A DNA stretch of 64,000 bases from an uncultured virus (IMG/VR IMGVR_UViG_3300047550_002778) (IMGVR_UViG_3300047550_002778:1-64000); one strand, 5' to 3'; shown: positions 28,936 to 39,997, numbered from the stretch's first letter. A program made the numbers and translations. Notes: generated from the letters alone by a model not told the origin.

Positions 28936-31593
28936 TTAAGTATCCCATTTCACAACAATATTGATTGGAATTTGACCATTATTTTTTATAGGACTTGCTA
29001 ATTTGGCTATTGCTACCAAATCAGCACCTGAATATAAACCTACCTCAGTGATGTATGGAGCCAAGTAAGATCCGGTAGGATCCACAGACGCACTAAAATT
29101 GTAATTGAAAAACTCAGACTTAATTCTATTGAATCCACCCTTTAAAGTTTTTTCATCCAAAAATTCAATAATACTATCGTAATTTTTTCGTTTTGAATTG
29201 GTAGTAATATATTGTTTATAATTTTCTATTGTTAAATTAGCTATAAAATAGTTCCATATCATGTAGGCATCTGCGTAATTAACAACGCCGTCTTTGTTTA
29301 CATCAAAGTCTTTGGATCCAAGTATACATTTTAGTTCTGGAGTCAATCTATTATCAGTAAAGTTTGTGACCGACGATGTATAAAAATTAAACATACTCTC
29401 TTGAACATCGCCAGTAACCAATACATCCCACCAAGATTCAACGTGCGTAGATGTCAATTTATAGTTAATATATCGTAAAACAATATCCAAATTACTAAAA
29501 TCAAATACTTCTTTATTTACTACACAATATGAATTGACAATAGATGATCCGGTAAATGATGATGTTATTGCCGTAGGATTGGTTGAAATATTAAACTCGC
29601 CAGGTTCAACAGTGCAAATAAATTGTTTTTCATTCAACGTAATTTGACTTTGATAATCACCATATACATAATCATCTAATGGATTTAATGGATTTTTCAA
29701 AAGATCTGACAATATACTGCCTGTATTATTTATTACAATTTTGTTATAGTTGTAAAATACATTTCCCACAGTATAATTCTTTTGTAGATCAGCAAAATCA
29801 TATATAAATGATTTTCCATGAAGATAATCAATTGCGGGATTGTCATCATCCATTATATAAATTATAGATGAATTTGACGAAGTGACAGGGCCTACTGAAG
29901 CACTAATACTAGATGGTGATCCACTATTTAAATTATTTCCGTTACAATCACAAATGTCATCTTCCATCATGAAGAAAATACTGCTCGTCAAACTCGAAAA
30001 TGAACATGAAAACAACCCACTACCAGATGATTGTTCTAAGGCAAATGGAACTTTAAGATAAAAATCATCCATCAATGGTGTAGGAGATCCAACTGCCATA
30101 TTGATATCGGATAAAGCCACTGATGATCCAAATGCACTAAAAGGTTCTCCAATCTTTTTTCTATAACCGATAGGTGTTGTAGTTGCAAGTCTTAATTCAT
30201 CAGCATCACCACATAAATTTCTAACAATGTTATACAAAAGAACTTGACCGTTAAATGTGCTAGATCCAAAATCATTTGGTTCAAGGTTAGTATTGTATCT
30301 ATCAATTGAAGCTGACAGATATAAACTTGAAAATGGAAAATATGGTTTTGGCGAACCAACCACTGCATATTTGTCGGTAATATCTACACTATATCCCAAC
30401 ATATTATCTTTAAAAACATTTACATCACCATACGATTTGTTGGCCAATATAAATTCATTTGATGTCGATCCAGACAATATACTATAGTGATAAAAAGCTC
30501 CACGATATCTAATAGGTTGTGAATTTAATAACTGAAGCGAGCTACTGTATTCGTAGTATATTAAATCATTTGGTGCGCCAACAATCAGATTGTCTTTTGC
30601 TATTGCCAACGAATAACCATAACGAGTATTGTATGGCGAAGATCTGTTTGGATCTGCATACCAATCCAAATCACGATTACCTTGAACTTTATACCATTTA
30701 TCTGATAAATCTTGTATTAGAGTTTGATTCAATTTCCAAGATTCACCATCAGATCCAGATTGATAGAAATAGATAAAAACTTTACTATTTGCAGTTGGAG
30801 CACTTGAAATTGCTATTTTATTTTGATCATACTTATCAATATAAACGGCTGACCCAAAATATAAATCACCACTGTTTGATGATGTTAATTCTTGCATTAA
30901 AAAATACTCATCACAAGAACCAGAAATTTTATAAATGTAAACTGACCCACTTCCATCATTAGTATATGGTGCCCCAATTGCCAAATATTTATCAGATACT
31001 GCTATCGCGTTTCCAAATCCATTGGTTTGAGAACCAGTGAATATACAAACTGGTGCGTCAGGCAAAGTAAAAGTGGTTAATTCTTCACTTTTACATTCAT
31101 CAACAGAAGTTTCATAAAGTTTATAAACATGAACGGCGGTATTATTAATATCAATAGATGCTACACTTTCACTGAATGCTGTATCTGATATCACCAAATA
31201 TTTGTCACATATTGCTAACGCAGAGCCAAAAAAACTTTGTTTAACCGTTACAGTATCATCCTCCAATACAATAAAATCACATGATGTAGATGTATCGATG
31301 TTAGACCCACTATCTTGTGACAAAGAAGCAGTATATAAATTACTAGCACTTTGTTCAGTGTAATACGATAAAACTTCTTTACCCGCAGCTCCCGTTGGAT
31401 CTCTATAAACTTTAGCAAAAGAATAATTTGAAGTAAATTGATTTTTTTGATAAATTAAAACTTCACTTATTCTTGAAAAACCCTCTGCGCAAGTGTATGG
31501 TTTCGAATTAATATTAGAAACTGCGATAAAATTACCATTTGTAACTACCGTTTTACCATAGTTCTCATTATGTATGTTTATAAAATTCGACAT
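28936..31593 (-). CDS. Virion protein: seven FG-GAP-type repeats (beta-propeller), EF-hand/dockerin-like loop and C-terminal baseplate-attachment-type domain
   Basis: Repeats YGKTV, FGSAL, FGNAI...GAP, FGSAV, YGYSL...GAP, LGYSV...GSP, FGSSV...GSP; DVNKDGVVNYAD; C-terminus PYITEVGLY...AIAKLASP shared with 39998-41107. Confidence 0.75.
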   Translation of the reverse strand: MSNFINIHNENYGKTVVTNGNFIAVSNINSKPYTCAEGFSRISEVLIYQKNQFTSNYSFAKVYRDPTGAAGKEVLSYYTEQSASNLYTASLSQDSGSNIDTSTSCDFIVLEDDTVTVKQSFFGSALAICDKYLVISDTAFSESVASIDINNTAVHVYKLYETSVDECKSEELTTFTLPDAPVCIFTGSQTNGFGNAIAVSDKYLAIGAPYTNDGSGSVYIYKISGSCDEYFLMQELTSSNSGDLYFGSAVYIDKYDQNKIAISSAPTANSKVFIYFYQSGSDGESWKLNQTLIQDLSDKWYKVQGNRDLDWYADPNRSSPYNTRYGYSLAIAKDNLIVGAPNDLIYYEYSSSLQLLNSQPIRYRGAFYHYSILSGSTSNEFILANKSYGDVNVFKDNMLGYSVDITDKYAVVGSPKPYFPFSSLYLSASIDRYNTNLEPNDFGSSTFNGQVLLYNIVRNLCGDADELRLATTTPIGYRKKIGEPFSAFGSSVALSDINMAVGSPTPLMDDFYLKVPFALEQSSGSGLFSCSFSSLTSSIFFMMEDDICDCNGNNLNSGSPSSISASVGPVTSSNSSIIYIMDDDNPAIDYLHGKSFIYDFADLQKNYTVGNVFYNYNKIVINNTGSILSDLLKNPLNPLDDYVYGDYQSQITLNEKQFICTVEPGEFNISTNPTAITSSFTGSSIVNSYCVVNKEVFDFSNLDIVLRYINYKLTSTHVESWWDVLVTGDVQESMFNFYTSSVTNFTDNRLTPELKCILGSKDFDVNKDGVVNYADAYMIWNYFIANLTIENYKQYITTNSKRKNYDSIIEFLDEKTLKGGFNRIKSEFFNYNFSASVDPTGSYLAPYITEVGLYSGADLVAIAKLASPIKNNGQIPINIVVKWDT

Positions 31594-31661
31594 TGCCTAT
31601 AAATATTGAAATAAACAAAAAATCTATCTTTAGACTCCAAATATTATTATCAATATATATA

Positions 31662-32513
31662 TTATTTCTTAAATTCAAGAATTCCATCTTTCCAATACGT
31701 GGGTATTTTGATCCATCCGTTACAATAAATATCATTAGATTGTTCTCTGAAATCATGTTGTGGACCAAACCAAGTATCTGGAGCTATAACCACTTTATCA
31801 TCCGTTCTTGACAGCCACGCTCCCCACCAACTAAAAGTAGAATTGGATATAATAAAATGATCACATAAAGACAACAACCAAAGACCTTCATAATCACGAT
31901 AAACATTGTCTTCAACAAAAATACTATTTGGTAGTTTTATATTTTCTTTGCACCATTTTATATCATCACTCATAATAATCAAGTGATCGTGTTTGGGCAA
32001 ATGTTTATATGCTTCTTGTATATATCCCAAACTTACAACGGGATGTCTTGTTGGCTGGGTCAAATAATCGCCACGTCTTACATTAATAGCAGCTATAGTT
32101 GAACTTTCTAAAAATGGAAAGTCTTTTTTAGCTTTTTCAACAAATTCTTTAGTTGGTGAAAACAAATCTCTAATTGTCTCTGTAAATTTACCAAAATACT
32201 TTTCAGATTGAAACCAACCTACGTAAACAGTTGGTTTATCATTAGAAGGAGGTAAATTTGAGTAAGAAAATGTTCCCGCGATAAACTCCGCATCATTTAT
32301 ACCCTCCGACTTTTTAACATCAAAATCTAACTTTCTAAATAAATTTTTTTCAAATATGTTTGACGAACTATCTTGAGATGGAGCAACAAATTGTCTATTA
32401 TATTCTAACGCTTTAGCATATCCATGTGCTAGTTGAAACATCATGTTGCCTGTTCTTCCTTGCAATCTACTACAAATAAAATTTTTAGAAAATGTGGTTG
32501 ATTTTTTTCTCAT
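31662..32513 (-). CDS. Alpha-1,2-fucosyltransferase-like glycosyltransferase (GT11)
   Basis: GRTGNMMFQ, GWFQSEKYF, INVRRGDY, SDDIKWC, CDHFIISNSTFSWWGAWL. Confidence 0.9.
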   Translation of the reverse strand: MRKKSTTFSKNFICSRLQGRTGNMMFQLAHGYAKALEYNRQFVAPSQDSSSNIFEKNLFRKLDFDVKKSEGINDAEFIAGTFSYSNLPPSNDKPTVYVGWFQSEKYFGKFTETIRDLFSPTKEFVEKAKKDFPFLESSTIAAINVRRGDYLTQPTRHPVVSLGYIQEAYKHLPKHDHLIIMSDDIKWCKENIKLPNSIFVEDNVYRDYEGLWLLSLCDHFIISNSTFSWWGAWLSRTDDKVVIAPDTWFGPQHDFREQSNDIYCNGWIKIPTYWKDGILEFKK

Positions 32514-33184
32514 TGGTCTGCCTTTTCATTCAATTTAATTAAATTTCCTTGTATATAATGTTTTTTAAAATGTGACAAAGCAGGTGTGTTGCCCCACGCA
32601 TCTAAATCACTGGAAATTTCTCTTTGATAACAACTTAACGGATATATGATATATTTATTAATTTCATATCTTTGTCCCATCCATCCGTCAAGTGCCGAAT
32701 CTATAAATGGTCTAAAACTCAATAATTGTTTTATTGCATTTCTTGTAAATCCAATTCCGTGTGTAGTAAGAATTGTGTTAGCTTTTAATAAATTAGGCGC
32801 CACTTGATGAATTTCTTTATCAAACACATATCCACCAAAATAGATAATATCCCAATCTGGAAAGTTAGCCAACTGATCCAAACCTTTTTCAATATTATCA
32901 ATTCCCTGTGATTCTTCATTTAAAAATACAAAGTCGTCTTCGAATATAACAATTTTTTCATATCCTTTTTCATAAGCATCTTGAAATATTTTATAAAATG
33001 AATAACTACAAAAAAATTGTTTATAGGTTATGTCAGGTCGTAATAGACAATCTTCAGCTGATCTACGTTCTAAAAAATTAAGCAAACCATATGGCCTAAC
33101 TTCATCCTCAAACAAAGTTCGTCTGTCAGGTCGTCTGTCTAAATTTAAGTAATACCCTTTGTCAAAAAAATCTTGTATTTTCAT
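32510..33184 (-). CDS. Glycosyltransferase family 25-like (beta-galactosyltransferase type)
   Basis: YLNLDRRPDRR, IVIFEDDFVF, WDIIYFG. Confidence 0.82.
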   Translation of the reverse strand: MKIQDFFDKGYYLNLDRRPDRRTLFEDEVRPYGLLNFLERRSAEDCLLRPDITYKQFFCSYSFYKIFQDAYEKGYEKIVIFEDDFVFLNEESQGIDNIEKGLDQLANFPDWDIIYFGGYVFDKEIHQVAPNLLKANTILTTHGIGFTRNAIKQLLSFRPFIDSALDGWMGQRYEINKYIIYPLSCYQREISSDLDAWGNTPALSHFKKHYIQGNLIKLNEKADQ

Positions 33185-33894
33185 GTTAAAATATGTTTAA
33201 ATTCATCCACATTGTATTTTTCACCCAAAATACTTTTAGCACGTTTTAAGAAATGTTTTCGTTTATCTGGAATTCGTATTTGAAAATTATGAAATGTGTC
33301 ACTGTCATATTCTGTTCCGTTTCCATAAGCAAATGACGGATATCCAAAACCCCCAGTATACTTCCATGTAAGATCTTCAGCACAATGTGTTGGATAAGAC
33401 AACACTATTCTTCGTCCTTGTTTTTCTAATTCTCTAGTTAATGCTTCATAACCATCCGCTTCAGCCAAATTACCATCTGGATTTGGATACATTTGAGCAT
33501 CAATTGATTGAAATGGAGAGTTAGACCAAACTGTATATGACATGTTAAATACGCCGCCATTTACAAATGGTGGTGTCCTATATGGATTAATATCTGGAAA
33601 AACATTTGACGCTTGAGCATTTCCATACACTGTGTTTTGATCAGATATAAAACCCAATGTCTTTTTTACCCAATCTTTACTAGTCGGAAAACAATCTACA
33701 TCAAATAATGATATAAAATCATAATCGGAATGTGTATCTAAATAATCTTGAATTGCGCCGGTGTGTGTATTTGTTTCAAAATCCCAACTAATTTGTTCGA
33801 CATTCAAATCCAAATGATTGAATACTCGTTTTTGAAGAACAATAATTTCTTTGGGCAAATCTGTTTGATAAAATGAAACTATTCTGTGTATCAT
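33181..33894 (-). CDS. Putative GT-A fold glycosyltransferase
   Basis: DxD motif FDVDCFP, VNGGVF; located inside the glycosyltransferase operon. Confidence 0.6.
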   Translation of the reverse strand: MIHRIVSFYQTDLPKEIIVLQKRVFNHLDLNVEQISWDFETNTHTGAIQDYLDTHSDYDFISLFDVDCFPTSKDWVKKTLGFISDQNTVYGNAQASNVFPDINPYRTPPFVNGGVFNMSYTVWSNSPFQSIDAQMYPNPDGNLAEADGYEALTRELEKQGRRIVLSYPTHCAEDLTWKYTGGFGYPSFAYGNGTEYDSDTFHNFQIRIPDKRKHFLKRAKSILGEKYNVDEFKHILT

Positions 33895-35069
33895 ACCAAC
33901 GTATTGATAAAATCAACCCACATAGCACCAACCTTAGCAGAATTAAAATTGTCAAGAATATATTGTTTTCCTTTTGCTCTTAATTCTTCTTTTACTTGAG
34001 GATTGTTTTCTAGATATTTTATTTTCTCTACAATCTTGGGAATATTATATTTGAAAATTCCATCTTCGTCTTTAGATAAAGCTTCTGATTGCATTTTAAC
34101 TGGATCGACATTTTCTGGAAAATCAATCCAAACACAATGACCATCAAAAATTTCAGGTAATGCTCCTAATGGATAAGTTATTGGTATAACACCAAGTGCT
34201 ATTGCTTCAGCAACAACACATGAGAAAGTGTCCTTATGAACATCTTTGTAAGGAGTATACAATGGATACACAAAATATTCACTTTCTGCTAGATGAGTAA
34301 ATAATGTCTTTTTATCTACACCATTGTGTCTAGTAAAAAATGGATCTTTATGATCGTGTGTTGCTAACAAATAATCAAAAGCATGAAATTCAACATCTGG
34401 AAAATTTAAATGTCTAACTGCTTCTATAGCCACATTTCCACCTCTTGCCCAAGCTGCATGAAATATAAATTTGTGATTCTTTCGAGTCAAATTCATTTCA
34501 CACACTTCATTGACAATATCATCCATTATAGGATTTGGTATCAATGCTTGTTTAAGATCTGGTATTTGAGACTTAATATTATCAACTGTAGATTGATTCA
34601 TTCCCTTTTCCCAGTTAGATATATTAACTATTCCCAGTTGTAAATTATTCTCTTTGGTATAATTAATAATTTCACTGAGACCATACAACCACTGCATATG
34701 GTTCCAATAAATCAATGCTTTGGTAACCTTGATAGGTAACTCTTTATATTTGGCAAACCATAAACTATTAATCAAGATATCAAATTCTTTATTATCAATA
34801 CCATCAAAATTCAAGTTGGTATAAATAACACCTCTAACTTTCATGCCTGGAACATAAACTCGCCCAGCTTTTTTATATGCCTGTTCCAACTGTGGTTCCA
34901 AAGCCTCTGTCACAAATACAACTTCGTGTCCTTGCGAAGCCAAATATTCAGCCACAACTATAGAACTACTATCTGTTCCACTACCTCCACCGCCACCATA
35001 ACGAAGTGTGTCACCATTTAGATAGTTACTACGTCTGCTATTACCTATTACTGTAAATACAATTCTCAT
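33891..35069 (-). CDS. GT-B fold retaining glycosyltransferase (GT4-like)
   Basis: GGGGSGTD...LASQGHEV; DTFSCVVAEAIALGVIPITYPLGALPE (D-x7-E variant of the GT4 motif). Confidence 0.82.
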   Translation of the reverse strand: MRIVFTVIGNSRRSNYLNGDTLRYGGGGGSGTDSSSIVVAEYLASQGHEVVFVTEALEPQLEQAYKKAGRVYVPGMKVRGVIYTNLNFDGIDNKEFDILINSLWFAKYKELPIKVTKALIYWNHMQWLYGLSEIINYTKENNLQLGIVNISNWEKGMNQSTVDNIKSQIPDLKQALIPNPIMDDIVNEVCEMNLTRKNHKFIFHAAWARGGNVAIEAVRHLNFPDVEFHAFDYLLATHDHKDPFFTRHNGVDKKTLFTHLAESEYFVYPLYTPYKDVHKDTFSCVVAEAIALGVIPITYPLGALPEIFDGHCVWIDFPENVDPVKMQSEALSKDEDGIFKYNIPKIVEKIKYLENNPQVKEELRAKGKQYILDNFNSAKVGAMWVDFINTLV

Positions 35070-36316
35070 ATATTCTTTTCATATCGTGGTGTCCAACCAG
35101 ATACCTTGTTATAACCATACATAACTAATTTACTTGGTTTATTATCGCTGCTATATCTACATACATGACTATCGTAAGTATAGTTAAATACAGATGGGTT
35201 GGTTTCTGGTTTAAAATCTACACGATATAAATTGTTTGAGAATTTATCTACTACACCTAATGTGATAAATTCATAACCCTCTTTGAGATTATCTTTAAAG
35301 AACTGAGTATCCCAAGTAACTCTAGTTTCATAGTTCTCGGTTTTAAATTCTTCATCCCATACACCTGGATTTGGTGGTTCATTTACTTTGAGTGTATAAC
35401 CTTGTATTCTACATTTTTTAAAATCAAATCCAAAACTGACTTCATAATCATGTAACGTTCGTTCACTACCAAGTCCATAAATACCAAATGGAATTTTATG
35501 ATCTTCTTGACCAAACAACTGTCTTACCAAATTTCTTGATAAAATGTCTCGTTCGCCACTAGTAACTTTGATCTTTTCATTTTTGTGGCCATGATCATCC
35601 CAGTGTTTTACACGATAATTTCTGGTGTATTCATGCCACATAACCATTCTATATGGAGAGTAAAAATCATAACCATGTGTATATGCTCTTACAGACATAG
35701 AAGTCTCTTCTGTATAACCACCAAAATAAACCCGGGGATCATATTGAACTTCTTCACAGAACTTACCTTGTGTAAAAATAAAATGTCCAGATAATGTCCT
35801 AGCTCTAATCACTTTGGTTCTAGTCTTATAATCTTGTATAAACCATGGCATGCTCATCAACAACTTATCACTTGAAAATTCATATTGACTCATTAAACAT
35901 GGAATTGGATTCCAAGTAGAAGGATCATCTTGTGGATTAAACGGTGTGCAATATGTTGTAATAATTGGTTTTTTACAAAACTGCCGGGCCTGATTATAAT
36001 CTTCAATGCAAATAGCATCCCAATCTTGAACAAATCTATGATGTGAGTCAATTTGTAAAGTATAATCTTCACCTTTCCATAACTTTTGAGTCAAATTTCT
36101 AGCCCACCCAAGACCTTCGCTTTCGTGATATTTTACGTCAACAACACTGAATCTAGGATCATTAGTATATTCTTCTAATGACTCAGTATCATCACGCTGC
36201 CAACATATACCAAACGTAAGATTTTCTGGATATTTGGCTTTTGCAATTAAATCTCGGATTGTAGGAACCAACTCTGGATCTCTATAACTAGCAATTTGAA
36301 CGAATATTTTAGACAT
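35066..36316 (-). CDS. GT60-like polypeptide/hydroxyproline alpha-N-acetylglucosaminyltransferase
   Basis: IFVQIASYRDPEL, GICWQ, GLGWAR, YTLQIDSHHRFVQDWD, EETSMSVRAYTHGYDFY match the Skp1 Gnt1 / 'GlcNAc' family. Confidence 0.85.
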   Translation of the reverse strand: MSKIFVQIASYRDPELVPTIRDLIAKAKYPENLTFGICWQRDDTESLEEYTNDPRFSVVDVKYHESEGLGWARNLTQKLWKGEDYTLQIDSHHRFVQDWDAICIEDYNQARQFCKKPIITTYCTPFNPQDDPSTWNPIPCLMSQYEFSSDKLLMSMPWFIQDYKTRTKVIRARTLSGHFIFTQGKFCEEVQYDPRVYFGGYTEETSMSVRAYTHGYDFYSPYRMVMWHEYTRNYRVKHWDDHGHKNEKIKVTSGERDILSRNLVRQLFGQEDHKIPFGIYGLGSERTLHDYEVSFGFDFKKCRIQGYTLKVNEPPNPGVWDEEFKTENYETRVTWDTQFFKDNLKEGYEFITLGVVDKFSNNLYRVDFKPETNPSVFNYTYDSHVCRYSSDNKPSKLVMYGYNKVSGWTPRYEKNI

Positions 36317-36373
36317 AACTATTGTTTATATAGATATCGTAACACTTAAAACTTTTATTATAAATTGATGACA

Positions 36374-38182
36374 TTAAACTACAGTATCCCACCTTACAGT
36401 TCCAGAATATGTTTTCATACCATCACTCCATCCACGGCCGTTGACCTGAACATTAGTAGACCTACTCGTAATGTATATGTATAGTATTTTATATGGGGTA
36501 GCATTTATTATTGAATAGTTGAACCAATTGACATTACCATTTCCAGTATATGTTACAACTGGAGTAGACCATGTATTTGGATATATATAGGCAATAAATC
36601 CGTCTCCACCAAATCCGCTTGTATAAGGGCCCCATCCAGCACCACCACCATTACCAGCACCCCAGTTTTCACCAGCAGATGTAGGCATACCGCCATCTAT
36701 TCCACGACCATCAGATCCGTAAGCATCAGCGGCGCCACGGCCGTATCCGGGCGCGGTCGAACGAATCGAACTAACAGCGCCAGTTTTTTCTACAGCATTG
36801 CCGCCACCGCTTCCCGCAATAGCATCGGCTATAAGCGTGCTAACATAGATATCAAACCAAGTTGGAACTTCTCCAGCAGTCATAACAGCTGTTCCATTAC
36901 CACCTTGTGCTGAAGGACCTGATACAAGTTGTCCACTAGCTCCATTAGAATTATATCCACCACCAGATCCACCAACTCTATAATCAACAGCTTCAACGCC
37001 AACACCACCAGATCCACCAGATCCGTCGCCGTTACCTGCTGCTATAAGAGTTCCATCGGGTGCGACACCGCCGCCGCCACCGCCACCGCCATATACACCA
37101 TCACCAGCAGCAAGAGCTACGCCGTTGATATAACTTGCGCCACCTCCACCGCCGCCGGCATAATAGGTATCAGCAAACATAGTGGTTTGACCATTTCTAT
37201 TGGCCATTACTGAACCGGTAAAGTCGCCACCACTACCAACAACAAAGTTATATGATACACCAGCAACAGGTATAAAGGTATTTGTTAATACATAAGCACC
37301 CGATCCACCGCCACCCATTGCTGGTTCACTAGCAACGACGCTGTTTATTTTGTCACCACCCGCACCACCGCCACCTACCATAAATAGTTGAATGCCAGGA
37401 TCAGGTGTAGGTGTTGGAGTTGGGGTCGCAGTAGGAGATGGTGTAGGTGTATTTGTTATTGTTGGGGTAGGAGTAGGTGTAGCTGTAGGAGCAGGCGTGT
37501 TTGTTGGAGTTGGCGTAGGTGTAGGGCCAACAGTTGGGGTAGGTGTAGGTGTGTCTGTTGGAGCTGGAGTGTTTGTAGGTGTAGGTGTTGGAGTAGGTTC
37601 TACTGGGCCAGGCGTTGGAGTTGGTGTTGGAGTATCTGTTGGACCCGGAGTAGGTGTAGGCGTAGGAGTATCTGTTGGGCCAGGTGTTGGGGTTGGCGTT
37701 GGAGTATCTGTTGGGCCAGGTGTTGGGGTTGGCGTTGGAGTATCTGTTGGGCCAGGTGTTGGGGTTGGCGTAGGAGTATCTGTTGGACCCGGAGTAGGTG
37801 TAGGAGTAGGTGTGGAAGTTGATGTAGGTGTTGGTGTTGGTGTAGGAGAAGGTGTAGGAGTTGGCAAATCTTCTGAATTACATGCACAGACGGTTACATT
37901 TTTTATTACGCCGACAAAAGTAAAACTATTCTTACTAGGATTATACTGATACAATACAAAACTTAAAGTTTGACCATTACCTACACTTTGTAATGACACT
38001 TTAAATTTATATTTTTTAAACAACAAATCATAAGCAGGCGTGGTCGATAAAATATTATTATTTAAGTCTGATATCAATTTTAGCGCTGTGGTTGAAAGAA
38101 ACTTGTCACTCTCAGATATACTATATAGCCAATGTATTAAATTAGATTTGTATAAAATATAAGAATATAAGTCTGTTATCAT
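36374..38182 (-). CDS. Mucin-like Pro-Thr repeat protein with C-terminal glycine-rich domain (probable fibre/appendage)
   Basis: About 154-aa PT tract followed by GGGGAGG/GGGGSG repeats of the kind seen in phage tail glycine-rich domains. Confidence 0.75.
   Translation of the reverse strand: MITDLYSYILYKSNLIHWLYSISESDKFLSTTALKLISDLNNNILSTTPAYDLLFKKYKFKVSLQSVGNGQTLSFVLYQYNPSKNSFTFVGVIKNVTVCACNSEDLPTPTPSPTPTPTPTSTSTPTPTPTPGPTDTPTPTPTPGPTDTPTPTPTPGPTDTPTPTPTPGPTDTPTPTPTPGPTDTPTPTPTPGPVEPTPTPTPTNTPAPTDTPTPTPTVGPTPTPTPTNTPAPTATPTPTPTITNTPTPSPTATPTPTPTPDPGIQLFMVGGGGAGGDKINSVVASEPAMGGGGSGAYVLTNTFIPVAGVSYNFVVGSGGDFTGSVMANRNGQTTMFADTYYAGGGGGGASYINGVALAAGDGVYGGGGGGGGVAPDGTLIAAGNGDGSGGSGGVGVEAVDYRVGGSGGGYNSNGASGQLVSGPSAQGGNGTAVMTAGEVPTWFDIYVSTLIADAIAGSGGGNAVEKTGAVSSIRSTAPGYGRGAADAYGSDGRGIDGGMPTSAGENWGAGNGGGAGWGPYTSGFGGDGFIAYIYPNTWSTPVVTYTGNGNVNWFNYSIINATPYKILYIYITSRSTNVQVNGRGWSDGMKTYSGTVRWDTVV
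37403..37864 (-). repeat. Coding Pro-Thr tandem repeat including five [12 protein letters not shown] (36-nt) units
   Basis: Near-identical 36-nt units ggagtatctgttgg(g/a)cc(a/c)gg... around 37610-37800. Confidence 0.95.
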
Positions 38183-38203
38183 AATATTTGTTTATTCACT
38201 ATT

Positions 38204-39976
38204 TTAACTTAATACTACCAACCATGGATCAGATTGAGTTCCCGATCCACTTACTACACCAGATACAAATGGACTGACCTCCGCATATCTACTTAACGCG
38301 GTGGTTAAAGATGTATAATCAAATGGTGATGAAAATTGCATTAAATTACCACAACACAAATCTACACCCAGTCTATTATATGTGCCGGTAAATGATATAG
38401 CGATATCACTACCAGATTCATAGTCTGGGAACGATGATGGAGTTCCACCACCCCAAGATATGGTGCATAAATATTGACGGTTTGTAAAACCTGTAGGACC
38501 ACCATGTGGATCATTCACGGCACATTCAAATGTAGTTCCGAGACCTTCTTCATTAAATGTATTGCCATTTGCATCGGCAGGAATTTCATTAACAACTACA
38601 TCTGGGCTTGCGATTCCACTTCCGCCACAGTAATCACAATTGCCAGCTTCTTGTTGAGCTTGAGTGCAACAGTCTGGACAACTCTCACAACCCGGATCTG
38701 TTATTGGATCACAACAAGGTGGTTCAAACGAACAAGAACTTGGTGGAACAAAGTAAATCTTAGCATAAAATAAATTTTCTGGAGTTGTTGGTGTAGGGGT
38801 AATTGTAGGTGTTGGCGTTGGGGTATCTGTAGCTGTAGGAGTAGGTGTTGGAGTGTCCGTTGGAGTCGGGCTTGGAGTTGGTGTTGGAGTGTCCGTTGGA
38901 GTCGGGCTTGGAGTTGGTGTTGGCGTTGGGGTTGCCGTTGCAGTTGGCGTAGGCGTTGGAGTAGGCTCATCCGGTGCAGTTGTAGGTGTAGGTGTTGGAG
39001 TGTCGGTTGGCGTAGGAGTTGGTGTTACCGTTGGGGTAGGAGTAGGCGTAGGTGTGATTGTAGGAGTAGGAGTTGGGGTTACTGTAGGCGTTGGCGTTGG
39101 AGTAGGCGTTGGACCAATTGGTGTGTTGGTTGGAGTTGGGCTTGGTGTAGGTGTAGGAGTTACCGTAGGAGTAGGCGTCGGTGTTAATGTTGGAGTAGGT
39201 GTTGGAGTTGGAGTAGATGTAGGTGTTGGAGTAGGCGGAATGGGAGTAGGAGTAGGTGTAGGTTCGATATCACAACATTTTCCATCTTCATTAGGATTTA
39301 TAAAATATGAACCAAGACCACAAATATCAATTGGAATAGTCAAATCTGTGGTTGAAGCTTCAAAAGAATATTTGTTTATAAAATATGTTCCTGACAATAT
39401 TAAATTATAATTTCCATCATCAATTAGATCCGCAACAATGTCTCCACTTTGATTGGTAAACACGACACTATTTGGTCTAATTTGATCACCTGCTTGTGGT
39501 ATGGTAAAATTTAATACAGATATATCATTAGTCAAACTACTGGTCATCATCGATGCATCATAACCATTTATACCAAACATGTTATATGCATTGTTGTAGT
39601 TATTATAATACATGTTTTTAATTGTATTATAAACTTGACGTTGATATGTTCCATCTAGATTTAATGGATTTGTAACTGGATTATAATCACTACTTCCAGA
39701 AGGATAAAACACTACACTTGATGTAACAAAAACACCAAGTTGAAAATTTATAGGAGAATCAAATTCACTAGTAGACAGATATCCATCTACAGTTTGAACT
39801 GGCAAACAACTACCTGACAAATTATCACTACATTGGTTAGTTGGAAGTAATAATGGATATTCTTCTTCACCAATATTTGCTATAATCAAATCTGGAAAAA
39901 TACTATTTGCTACTTGAGGTTTAGCAATAGTAAATGGAGTTACGATTATATCTTGATTTCTAAAAAATTTAATCAT
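38204..39976 (-). CDS. Virion protein: N-terminal structural domain, mucin-like Pro-Thr stalk, Cys-rich C-terminal domain
   Basis: N-terminus resembles the first half of 39998-41107; about 161-aa PT tract; [10 protein letters not shown]...CESCPDCC...CDYC. Confidence 0.75.
   Translation of the reverse strand: MIKFFRNQDIIVTPFTIAKPQVANSIFPDLIIANIGEEEYPLLLPTNQCSDNLSGSCLPVQTVDGYLSTSEFDSPINFQLGVFVTSSVVFYPSGSSDYNPVTNPLNLDGTYQRQVYNTIKNMYYNNYNNAYNMFGINGYDASMMTSSLTNDISVLNFTIPQAGDQIRPNSVVFTNQSGDIVADLIDDGNYNLILSGTYFINKYSFEASTTDLTIPIDICGLGSYFINPNEDGKCCDIEPTPTPTPIPPTPTPTSTPTPTPTPTLTPTPTPTVTPTPTPSPTPTNTPIGPTPTPTPTPTVTPTPTPTITPTPTPTPTVTPTPTPTDTPTPTPTTAPDEPTPTPTPTATATPTPTPTPSPTPTDTPTPTPSPTPTDTPTPTPTATDTPTPTPTITPTPTTPENLFYAKIYFVPPSSCSFEPPCCDPITDPGCESCPDCCTQAQQEAGNCDYCGGSGIASPDVVVNEIPADANGNTFNEEGLGTTFECAVNDPHGGPTGFTNRQYLCTISWGGGTPSSFPDYESGSDIAISFTGTYNRLGVDLCCGNLMQFSSPFDYTSLTTALSRYAEVSPFVSGVVSGSGTQSDPWLVVLS
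38780..39262 (-). repeat. Coding Pro-Thr tandem repeat
   Basis: (PT)n tract with a duplicated 36-nt unit gttggagtgtccgttggagtcgggcttggagttggt. Confidence 0.95.
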
Positions 39977-39997
39977 CCCTATATAAATAGGATTATT

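Noticed and set aside
37610..37800. 36-nt repeats resembling a CRISPR array in unit length
   Set aside because: Head-to-tail tandem units with no unique spacers, in frame within a CDS, and no cas genes.
37388..39410. Plus-strand ORFs rich in VGVGVG or CRCW
   Set aside because: Antisense shadows of the minus-strand Pro-Thr tracts; no independent start signals.
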